Notes under the pieces: generated by a model
Database searches by the model: none
Seen by the model: the letters and a program-made list of their open reading frames with translations, nothing else
What the model was told of the DNA's origin: nothing
Virus record (IMG/VR): IMGVR_UViG_3300045988_149975
DNA from: a virus
Strand: one strand, 5' to 3'
Length of the DNA: 64,000 bases
Made by a program: the position numbers and the translations under genes
Part shown: one piece after another, positions 57,063 through 64,000 of the stretch
How the letters are laid out: every line of letters begins with the position of its first letter
Position numbering within the stretch: the stretch's first letter is position 1

Positions 57063-57443
57063 GCTTTTAGGTGCTTTTTCTGTATTTTCAGGTAATGAAG
57101 AAGTAAGAGCATCTGTGATTACCTCTACAAGTTGTGTAATGTTTCGTGGTGTAAGATAAGAACCCAACTCTTTAGTTGAAATATCAACATCACTTGAAGC
57201 CATACCTGCCTTAATAATATTAAGAATATCTATCATTCTTGCATTAACTGACATTGCTTCAAATGCTTTTTGAACAGACCCAAACTTCTCCTCTAACTCT
57301 GCAAAAGCGTTAAAATCATAAACTAATTCAATATCTTTACCACCCAAGCTAATAGTAACACCTTTAGCCTTAACAAGATTTAATTTACTCATATATTTAT
57401 TACTCCATTCTTTTCTAACTTTTATACATATATTATACCACAA
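57051..57443 (-). CDS. tail assembly chaperone (gpG-like)
   Basis: 130-aa ORF upstream of the tape measure gene, ending at a slippery AAAAAAC. Confidence 0.55.
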   Translation of the reverse strand: MWYNICIKVRKEWSNKYMSKLNLVKAKGVTISLGGKDIELVYDFNAFAELEEKFGSVQKAFEAMSVNARMIDILNIIKAGMASSDVDISTKELGSYLTPRNITQLVEVITDALTSSLPENTEKAPKSGKN

Positions 57444-57469
57444 AAATTACATTTTGTCAAGTAAAATTT

Positions 57470-57501
57470 TAAAAAAATAAGGGGTAAATTAATTTACCCC
57501 T
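57470..57501 (-). terminator. rho-independent terminator after the Ig-like tail protein gene
   Basis: Perfect 22-nt palindrome AGGGGTAAATTAATTTACCCCT (57480..57501) followed on the minus strand by TATTTTTTTAA. Confidence 0.55.
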
Positions 57502-57889
57502 CTGGCTCATAAGACAGTTCAAAAGCATAATTCTTTGTTACTTCCCTTGAACCTGTGGCATTTACTTTAATCTGTAAGGATTTTTTCTTTGCTTCTGTAT
57601 CAGTATTACCCAGGAAAACAATTCCAATGAAATCTTCATCAAAATTTACTGCACCTTTCTTACCATTAACAACTTGGAAAGAAGCTACACCTCTTGACTC
57701 ATCCCAATCTTCGGGTTTTTCAAGTTTAAAAGGTAAGAAATAACCTTCTTGTTCAGTAGGCTCTGATGCATTAAAACCTGTATAACCTGTTACATATTTC
57801 AAACTACCACTAATTACGCCATTAACACCGTCATTACCTATGTTAAAGGCTATATTGGAAGCTAAATCAGAAGTTTGTTTCCCTAACAA
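57494..57889 (-). CDS. Ig-like-domain tail protein (paralogue of 60771..61388)
   Basis: Shares the GKxTSDL...V.G..K.VTG.T.F...E..GY.LPF.LE.P pattern with 60771..61388. 131 aa. Confidence 0.45.
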   Translation of the reverse strand: MLGKQTSDLASNIAFNIGNDGVNGVISGSLKYVTGYTGFNASEPTEQEGYFLPFKLEKPEDWDESRGVASFQVVNGKKGAVNFDEDFIGIVFLGNTDTEAKKKSLQIKVNATGSREVTKNYAFELSYEPEG

Positions 57890-57930
57890 ATCCTGTTCAG
57901 CAACAGCGGTTAAGGTAATCTCACCGCTAT

Positions 57931-58524
57931 CTACTTCCCCGCACCAATTTCCTCCGCAGTAGCATTAAGTACCATATCCCACCATTTACCGCTAAAGTTA
58001 GTAGGTACGGCAGAACCAGTGAAGGAACATTCACCGAAGTCACCGCTTGCATCATTAATATCAAAGTCAGGTGCTTCAGTCATACGGCACTTATAAAGTG
58101 TAACATGGGCATCGGCTACCGTACCGTCTGTTGACGGATAATTCCACTTACCTTCAATTTTAAAGTAAGGAGGTGTAGCTGCATCTGCTGTCATACTATA
58201 AGTAACTTTTTCAGTTAAATCAGTACCACCTCTTGAAACTTTACCGCCCATAATAACTTCCAAACCACTAAAACTCAATACACTGTTAGTAACTGTAAAA
58301 TTAATACCAGTAATACGAGAATAAGTGTCCATAATAATGGAATCGCCCTGTAAATTCTTTGTTTCCATTTCAGGGGAAATCTGTAAAGTTAAAATACCTG
58401 CTAAATCTACCCATTCACTATAAGTAGGCTCGGCAGTTGATGGGTCAGTTAAAAGTTTAGCAACTTTAACATCCTGCAACTCCATAAGTACAACTTTTGT
58501 ATCGTCAATACTTGCTGCCATCAA
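57931..58524 (-). CDS. major tail protein
   Basis: 197 aa, Thr/Ser/Gly-rich beta-protein in the canonical position upstream of the chaperones. Confidence 0.5.
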   Translation of the reverse strand: MMAASIDDTKVVLMELQDVKVAKLLTDPSTAEPTYSEWVDLAGILTLQISPEMETKNLQGDSIIMDTYSRITGINFTVTNSVLSFSGLEVIMGGKVSRGGTDLTEKVTYSMTADAATPPYFKIEGKWNYPSTDGTVADAHVTLYKCRMTEAPDFDINDASGDFGECSFTGSAVPTNFSGKWWDMVLNATAEEIGAGK

Positions 58525-58922
58525 TAATCAATCCTTTCATAATTTAAAGCTAATCCAGTTACATTTAATATCCAGTTAGCCCTGTTTGAATCATCATACA
58601 TAAGAAATGTAGGAGGATTTAAAGGTCTTATACAAAACCTTTTATCATTCCCATCCCTAATTTCTCCTTTATTTAACAATAAATAAATATCATGTGCAAT
58701 CTTTACTGCCATATCATTTTGTTGATTTCTAACTCTAATCTGACAAGTAAAATCTACACTATTTCTTTCTCGCCCTCTTATTGCATAAGAAGCGGTATCG
58801 TATACACATATTGAATTATCTGCTTCCCCACGCCTTGAAGGAAACCTATTAATAAAAATATCTTTATCAATAGTACCAAAATTTGATTTTTCTAAAAAAG
58901 TCGCCATACTCTTTGCAAACAT
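58521..58922 (-). CDS. head-tail joining / tail completion protein
   Basis: 133-aa ORF, positional. Confidence 0.4.
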   Translation of the reverse strand: MFAKSMATFLEKSNFGTIDKDIFINRFPSRRGEADNSICVYDTASYAIRGRERNSVDFTCQIRVRNQQNDMAVKIAHDIYLLLNKGEIRDGNDKRFCIRPLNPPTFLMYDDSNRANWILNVTGLALNYERIDY

Positions 58923-59335
58923 TATTTTCTCATTTCCTCTCTCACTATACTAATTAATTTATCAGCATTACGCCTTAAAGGCTCTTCCAAATACTTCGCT
59001 TGCCCTACTTCATGATGGTATTCAAGATTTTCATGCTGTATCATAGCATAGTTATAACCAGTTTCAGGATTTTCAGTAGAATATACCACACTATAACCTT
59101 TTGGAATCTCTACTACTTTCCCCGATTCTTTCAATCTACCAGTATCAACAGGAACTAAAGGCTGTGATTCTTCTAACAAATATTCAGCAGCTTTTTTGCA
59201 ACCTCTCATAGCTTTTTGCTTTGTAGTATTTGCAAATTCCTGTATAAATTTAGGGTTTAAATCAAGATACAGTTTGACACTGCCACCATATTTAAACTTA
59301 CCTAATGTTGCTAATGCCATTATCTGCCCATTCAA
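58922..59335 (-). CDS. head-tail joining protein
   Basis: 137-aa ORF, positional. Confidence 0.4.
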   Translation of the reverse strand: MNGQIMALATLGKFKYGGSVKLYLDLNPKFIQEFANTTKQKAMRGCKKAAEYLLEESQPLVPVDTGRLKESGKVVEIPKGYSVVYSTENPETGYNYAMIQHENLEYHHEVGQAKYLEEPLRRNADKLISIVREEMRK

Positions 59336-59804
59336 AATCAGTAAAAGTAGAAGTCATTTCAAAGGCTCTCACACTTACATAAACACCTTGTAACAGAACG
59401 CCATTATCTATGCCTACAATTAAATAATTAGCTGTTCTTCCATCAACAAACTCTATGTAAATTCTATCTAAAACCTGTACTTTATGAGGGGCAATACTAT
59501 CTAATGTAAATTGTATAGTGACAATCTTTTTATTTGTTGTAAGCTGCGCAGTAGTGGTTTCTAAATCAACATCACTTGTTTGAGTAGAGTTTATAGTAGC
59601 ATTAATAGGGATTTTATTCTCAAAATCATAATCTATATAATCAAGACTATTTTTAAAACCCCTTGACAATATAGGCACATAATAGTATTTCATGCCTATA
59701 CCACCTAACCAACTATAAACTTCATCAAAAGATTTACTCAAATATTCTAAATCATTCATAAGGCAATGTCTTTCCTGTAATTTCAGATGCTGTAAAAGAA
59801 CCAT
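59298..59804 (-). CDS. head-tail joining protein
   Basis: 168-aa ORF, positional. Confidence 0.4.
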   Translation of the reverse strand: MVLLQHLKLQERHCLMNDLEYLSKSFDEVYSWLGGIGMKYYYVPILSRGFKNSLDYIDYDFENKIPINATINSTQTSDVDLETTTAQLTTNKKIVTIQFTLDSIAPHKVQVLDRIYIEFVDGRTANYLIVGIDNGVLLQGVYVSVRAFEMTSTFTDFEWADNGISNIR

Positions 59805-60504
59805 CTCTACTGTAAAAAACTATTACAATATAATAGCTTGTATCAGCTTCTAAATCTGTTAAACGGTATTTCAAACGCTTAATATCATAAAAATCAAATT
59901 TTGTTATATCTAAACCATCCCGCAACTTTGTTTCGGCGTATTCATCATAAATAGGTTCTTTACTATACATTAAAGTGTACTTATAAAAGTTACCCTTCGA
60001 CATATCATATCTATTCCATTCTAACTCGAAAGAATAAACATTTGTACTATTTATTTTGAATTTAATTGTTTGTTCTTGGGATAATTTATAGTTCCGTAAA
60101 GAACCATCTCTTGCCCTCAATATAATATCTTTTACTTCAACAGGTGAATTGGAGATTGCCTCATCTAATTCCTCTTTAATTTTATCGGCTAAAGAGGTAT
60201 AATGATAAACCCTATCACCTTTTTTAAATGTCACCTGTTCAGTGCTTGCATCATATTCAGGTGCTACAGCAAGTGCTAATCTTAAATAAATTGTATGTAA
60301 ACACTTTAAAATTACAATGTTTATTTCCTCTGATGTCAACTCTTCCGCATTATCTTTACCTATGCTTACCATTGACATTTTAATTATGGTAGGAATACTC
60401 TTTTCAACACTTGCAAAAGCGGGGTCATTTTCAATAGAAGGTGTAGATAACATTAAGCTATCTATCAAATATTGAGTAATTAACTCTAAATTTGAATCCG
60501 CCAT
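59752..60504 (-). CDS. structural protein with C-terminal FN3-like domain
   Basis: 250 aa. C-terminal segment ...YKYTLMYSKEP...TSYYIVIVFYSRDGSFTASEITGKTLPYE. Confidence 0.4.
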   Translation of the reverse strand: MADSNLELITQYLIDSLMLSTPSIENDPAFASVEKSIPTIIKMSMVSIGKDNAEELTSEEINIVILKCLHTIYLRLALAVAPEYDASTEQVTFKKGDRVYHYTSLADKIKEELDEAISNSPVEVKDIILRARDGSLRNYKLSQEQTIKFKINSTNVYSFELEWNRYDMSKGNFYKYTLMYSKEPIYDEYAETKLRDGLDITKFDFYDIKRLKYRLTDLEADTSYYIVIVFYSRDGSFTASEITGKTLPYE

Positions 60505-60522
60505 TTTACACCTCCAAATCTA

Positions 60523-60771
60523 TTAAAGAACTGCTAATGCTCCCTGTAAACGAAGATACTCTTTAATTTCAGGAATAACAGATACTTTCTCACCTTTATT
60601 GAAGAAATACCATCTATCCCCATAATAAATTTTTAAATCCTCATTAGTAGCTACTTCTACTTTCTTTTCCACAGGGGCTTTTTTAGTTTCAACCTTGGTT
60701 TCAACTTCTACTGTTGGCATTGTTACTTCAATTGCTTTATCTTCTTTCTTAATTGCCATAATTTCCTCCAT
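60523..60771 (-). CDS. small KE-rich structural protein
   Basis: 82 aa with VE(T)K repeats. Confidence 0.35.
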   Translation of the reverse strand: MEEIMAIKKEDKAIEVTMPTVEVETKVETKKAPVEKKVEVATNEDLKIYYGDRWYFFNKGEKVSVIPEIKEYLRLQGALAVL

Positions 60772-61388
60772 TATTCATTAAATGTAGCTGTCGCAACTGA
60801 TAATGTTAAAGTTACATTATCATTCGTTTTAAGCTGTACAGTTACAGCCCTTGCAGTTGTAGAATCTGCACCTAAAAATACAACAGCAGTTTTATCAGAA
60901 TCATCTATAGTACGCCATTCTTGTAAACGTGAGGAGTACATTTGAATCGAAGTAGAACCTTTAGGTAATTCTACTGTAAATGGTAAATAATAACCATTCT
61001 GTTCATCTTCTTTACTACTAAAATCTGTCCAACCTGTTATTTTTTTAAATGTACCAGTTACTACACCTGTTTCACCATATACAGGACTCTCTACTAAATC
61101 AGAAGTATTCTTTCCTAATAATGTAATAGTAGGTGCTTTAACTACAATTTTCCTTTCTACTGGCGGCTCACTACCACCATCAACTGCTTTTACAAAAGCA
61201 CTACTACCTGCTTCAGCATAAAATACTTGTGAGGGTTTAACGCCTAATTTTGTGGCTACTTTATAAGGGTCTTGCTCCATATAAAACACCTCATTTGCTG
61301 TTACATTTTTACCTAATGCTTTTGCTAACTTTTGTGGAGATTGTTTTGCGTACAGTACATCATTTGCTGTTATACTCATGTTCAACAC
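60771..61388 (-). CDS. Ig-like-domain structural protein (possible head decoration)
   Basis: 205 aa, paralogous motif with 57494..57889. Confidence 0.4.
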   Translation of the reverse strand: MLNMSITANDVLYAKQSPQKLAKALGKNVTANEVFYMEQDPYKVATKLGVKPSQVFYAEAGSSAFVKAVDGGSEPPVERKIVVKAPTITLLGKNTSDLVESPVYGETGVVTGTFKKITGWTDFSSKEDEQNGYYLPFTVELPKGSTSIQMYSSRLQEWRTIDDSDKTAVVFLGADSTTARAVTVQLKTNDNVTLTLSVATATFNE

Positions 61389-61406
61389 TCCTAAATATAA
61401 ATGGAA

Positions 61407-61426
61407 GGGAAACCTAACGGTTTCCC
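61407..61426 (-). terminator. hairpin downstream of the capsid-like exon
   Basis: 8-bp stem GGGAAACC/GGTTTCCC with a 4-nt loop. The U-tract is modest. Confidence 0.3.
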
Positions 61427-61435
61427 TAAAATTAA

Positions 61436-61771
61436 TTACGCAGTTTCAATTATTACGCCATGTGTAGGATTAAGAACTGCTGTACCCCAAATGCCATACC
61501 AAGCAATCTTAACTTCACGCCCAAAATCTTCAGTATCATCTGTACGAATTTCAGGGGCTAAAGATTCTGCAAGTGCATAATAATCTTCGCCAAAGATTAC
61601 TGCCTGATATACGTTAGCACTGGAAGCACCTGCGGCTTTAAGTTCTGCTACATAGCCTAAATCGCTTTCAGCAGCAGCACCATTAGGCATAATGGTTGTT
61701 TCAATAAAACGAACATCGTCAATTCTACCGATTTCCAATCTGTTACTATGGGCGGTAAATACCCATTTCAC
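61436..61771 (-). CDS. probable 3' exon of a capsid-like structural gene
   Basis: Starts with GTG immediately after an in-frame stop, directly 3' of a group I intron core ending ...GUAAG. 111 aa ending AVLNPTHGVIIETA. Confidence 0.4.
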   Translation of the reverse strand: MKWVFTAHSNRLEIGRIDDVRFIETTIMPNGAAAESDLGYVAELKAAGASSANVYQAVIFGEDYYALAESLAPEIRTDDTEDFGREVKIAWYGIWGTAVLNPTHGVIIETA

Positions 61772-62975
61772 TTACTTTATGTAAGCGGGGGCGTACTTCT
61801 ATGAGTGTCTTTACACTCGACTGCCCCTCTTATGTTCACACATAAGGTCTGACTATCTCTTTACCCCTTTCTTATGTTCGAGGTATCTCGTGTATAGTCG
61901 ATAGACTTTTTTCAGATAATTTATAACTCATTGATTTTGGTATAAATTCTTTTATGTAGTCGCAAAACTTTGTAAAACTTTTTGAAGGTATTCTTATCAT
62001 CGGATAACCACATTCAAGCTGAACATAGGTTTCAATTTTAATAATTTCATTTAAAGAATTGCTCAATAACTGACACTCCTCAATAGTAAAACAACAAGTT
62101 GCTATCTTACCCCAATTTCCTTTACCTTTACTACCATCATCTGCATACCATATAGCGATTGATAAAGGATTGAGCATTTCCTTAATGTTATTAGGAATAA
62201 TCTTTGTTTTACCTTTATAGAACATTTCCCTTAACTGTTTTATATCTCCAAAGGCTTTTGTCCTTTTCCTAACCGATTGATAACCTTCTTTAGTTTTTCT
62301 ATAATAACTACTGCTTATATCATTGCCAAAGAAACTTGCCTTATAGTTTAAGTAATCTTCTTGTTTAAGCGAATGACTTAAATAAAGTACCCTTCCATCA
62401 AGATAACCGTCACCTAAAATGCTACCAATTACAACACTTCTTTGATTATCTGTTAAGTGCTTATAATCACTTTGTACAGCAGATATGCCATAATGTGTTA
62501 GCCATTTTGTAACTGTACTATTCTTTACATTAAACTTTTCGCCGACATCTTTCTTCCTACCACCATTTTGAAAAACCTCTAATATCTCCTCTTTCGGTGG
62601 TATATAAGCAAAATGTTCAAAAGTTCCTAACTTATACTCTTTAACAAGTCTTTTTATAACTTTTAAACTTACACTAAAATGTTTTGCAACTAATTTCTGA
62701 CTTTTTAAGTCATTATATACTTTTTGTAAATCTTCTTTTGCAATATAAATCTTTTTCATTATAAATTACCTTCCTTTAGTACGGTATTACCCCTCTGGGG
62801 TTCACTTTCTATATACATAGTATTATAGGCTTTTTAAAGCCAACCGTTTAGCGAGATGCTTTGTACTTGTTTTTATTCAAGCACAACGGCAAAATCTACC
62901 GTTAAATAACTGTTCAGGCGCACCATAGTTGCTCGCATTACAGCACTATTACTTTCACCCACTATGGTAAGGGTT
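61772..62975 (-). mobile_element. group I intron (B) carrying a LAGLIDADG ORF; boundaries approximate
   Basis: Minus-strand RNA 61930..61800 contains R-like CGACUAUAC, a P8 hairpin, S-like GAGAUAGUC (P7 GACUA/UAGUC) and a P9 hairpin CCUUAUGUGUGAACAUAAGAGGGG. 54-nt block 61808..61861 repeated at 63018..63072. Confidence 0.5.
61872..62759 (-). CDS. LAGLIDADG homing endonuclease (intron-encoded)
   Basis: Two LAGLIDADG motifs (IGSILGDGYLDG and IAIWYADDGSKG). 295 aa. Confidence 0.75.
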   Translation of the reverse strand: MKKIYIAKEDLQKVYNDLKSQKLVAKHFSVSLKVIKRLVKEYKLGTFEHFAYIPPKEEILEVFQNGGRKKDVGEKFNVKNSTVTKWLTHYGISAVQSDYKHLTDNQRSVVIGSILGDGYLDGRVLYLSHSLKQEDYLNYKASFFGNDISSSYYRKTKEGYQSVRKRTKAFGDIKQLREMFYKGKTKIIPNNIKEMLNPLSIAIWYADDGSKGKGNWGKIATCCFTIEECQLLSNSLNEIIKIETYVQLECGYPMIRIPSKSFTKFCDYIKEFIPKSMSYKLSEKSLSTIHEIPRT

Positions 62976-62979
62976 ACTG

Positions 62980-63795
62980 ACTAATATCTCTATTAGCGGG
63001 GCAACTGCTTCTCTAAAGTGTCTTTACACTTGAGTCACCCTCTTATGGTTTCCCATAAGGTTAGACTATCTCATCCCCCGATTTTTTACATCGGGGGCTT
63101 CGTCCATAGTCGTTGCAAGGGTATCAATTAAACATATTCAAACCTATACGTTCCTAATAATACATTATTTCTTAACAATGCAGAAGTTATTGATGGGTAT
63201 TTAAGATTGAGTTTCTCTGACGCTTCTCTCGTACTATTAAACTCAAACTTTTCTCCTGTTTTTATATTCTCACATTTAATTTTGCGACTTCTATGTTTTA
63301 TACCATTTTCTCTCGCCGCTTTGCTATGTGCTTCTGTCATAACATTTATCAGACCATGTGCATAAGCGTGTCTAATATTATAACTTGAATCACACCATTC
63401 TAAATTCTCAACGTGGTTATTTAACTTGTTACCATCTATATGATTTACTTGCGGTAAATTATCAGGGTTAGGTATAAAATTCATTGCTACAAGCCTATGA
63501 ATTTTCTTTGAATGTTTACCATCCTTATCATATAAGTTTACATATAAATAACCGCCTTTGTTGACAGTTTGAACTAAAAACTTTTGTGTAAATGTGGAAT
63601 ATACCCTTCCATCATCATAAATATAATAATTTTCAAAACCTTTAATTTTTCGTTTCACTTACGTTACTCCTCTCTTTATGTTTAATCTTAACCTTCTCAC
63701 AGGATTGGCATGACTTTTCAGTTTTAGCTTTCCCTGTTTTCACGAAGTTTAATCGAGTACATTACTGTACAAGTGGACTAATGCTAATGGCTTTA
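62980..63795 (-). mobile_element. group I intron (A) carrying an HNH ORF; boundaries approximate
   Basis: Minus RNA 5' part has P4/Q-like ACAGGGAAAGCU...AAUCCUGUG (63700..63660). 3' part (63127..63010) has R CAACGACUAUGG, P8 CCCCCGAUGUAAAAAAUCGGGGG, S GAUGAGAUAGUCUAACC and P9 CCUUAUGGGAAACCAUAAGAGGG. Confidence 0.5.
63128..63658 (-). CDS. HNH homing endonuclease with NUMOD4-like N-terminus (intron-encoded)
   Basis: GFENYYIYDDGRVYS (NUMOD4-like) plus HRLVAMNFIPNPDNLPQVNHIDGNKLNNHVENLEW. GTG start after RBS GAGAGGAG. Paralogue of 28565..29155. Confidence 0.8.
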   Translation of the reverse strand: MKRKIKGFENYYIYDDGRVYSTFTQKFLVQTVNKGGYLYVNLYDKDGKHSKKIHRLVAMNFIPNPDNLPQVNHIDGNKLNNHVENLEWCDSSYNIRHAYAHGLINVMTEAHSKAARENGIKHRSRKIKCENIKTGEKFEFNSTREASEKLNLKYPSITSALLRNNVLLGTYRFEYV

Positions 63796-64000
63796 TGCCA
63801 CTCTTTCAATCCATTCAGGGCAATCTCTCAAATCACGGCTCTGATGAGGATGAACAAATGCGATATAATAACTACCATCAATTTTCGGTGCATTATTAGT
63901 AGAAAGAATTTCTACTGCATCTTTAATAGTAGCTACTGTAAGGGTATTTACACCTGCTGCTAATTGATTACGCTGTGTAACTTTAGCACCGTCTTTCTGT
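63796..64000 (-). CDS. 3' part of a capsid-like structural gene (5' exon, partial)
   Basis: Reverse complement reads ...KIDGSYYIAFVHPHQSRDLRDCPEWIERVA* and stays open to the window edge. The stop is immediately followed by intron-like sequence. Confidence 0.35.

Noticed and set aside
1-64000. CRISPR arrays, tRNA genes, integrase/att sites
   Set aside because: No regularly spaced direct repeats with unique spacers, no cloverleaf-like conserved tRNA segments, and no tyrosine or serine recombinase motifs were found by eye. An integrase, or the invertase for the fibre cassettes, may lie outside this window.

Overview
This window reads as one continuous stretch of a low-GC (about 30 %) tailed-phage or prophage genome from a Firmicutes-type host (it encodes a SpoVS homologue). 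Nearly every gene is on the minus strand, transcribed from high to low coordinates. From the high-coordinate end the order is: a capsid-like gene broken by two group I introns (one with an HNH, one with a LAGLIDADG homing-endonuclease ORF); head-tail joining genes; major tail protein; G/G-T chaperone pair with an AAAAAAC -1 slip site; a 1597-aa tape-measure protein; a lambda-like M/L/K/J tail-tip set; a tail-fibre region; a lysis cassette (amidase plus holin-like proteins); a large replication/recombination module (SF2 helicase, DnaC-like loader, DnaB-like helicase, TOPRIM primase, family-A DNA polymerase, RecA-like recombinase, Cas4-like and VRR-NUC nucleases); then a DNA-modification and nucleotide-metabolism block (NrdJ-like ribonucleotide reductase with a mini-intein, QueE, QueC, a TGT/DpdA-like transglycosylase that together suggest 7-deazaguanine DNA modification, an RNA ligase, and four DNA methyltransferases) followed by small early genes. 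Several near-consensus sigma-70 promoters (TTGACA, 17 nt, TATAAT) and intrinsic terminators sit on the minus strand. Two findings stand out. (1) A diversity-generating retroelement (reverse transcriptase 37262..38551, template repeat about 38877..38992, variable repeat about 39151..39266 at the 3' end of gene 39125..40186), with every TR/VR mismatch at a template adenine. (2) A shufflon-like set of promoterless, inverted alternative C-terminal cassettes (41461..42602) for the tail-fibre gene 42322..43755, in which the shared junction peptide GFTIQWG is encoded by two synonymous DNA versions arranged so that identical DNA occurs only between inverted copies. Also notable: two methyltransferase genes are each frameshifted inside a long G homopolymer (G8 at 6973..6980; G9/C9 at 8572..8580); the primase zinc finger is broken by a 4-bp tandem duplication; and the cytosine-5 methyltransferase carries a LAGLIDADG-containing intein exactly in its PCQ motif. 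All coordinates come from manual reading of the sequence and the supplied ORF track. No database search was run, so every functional call is motif-based.
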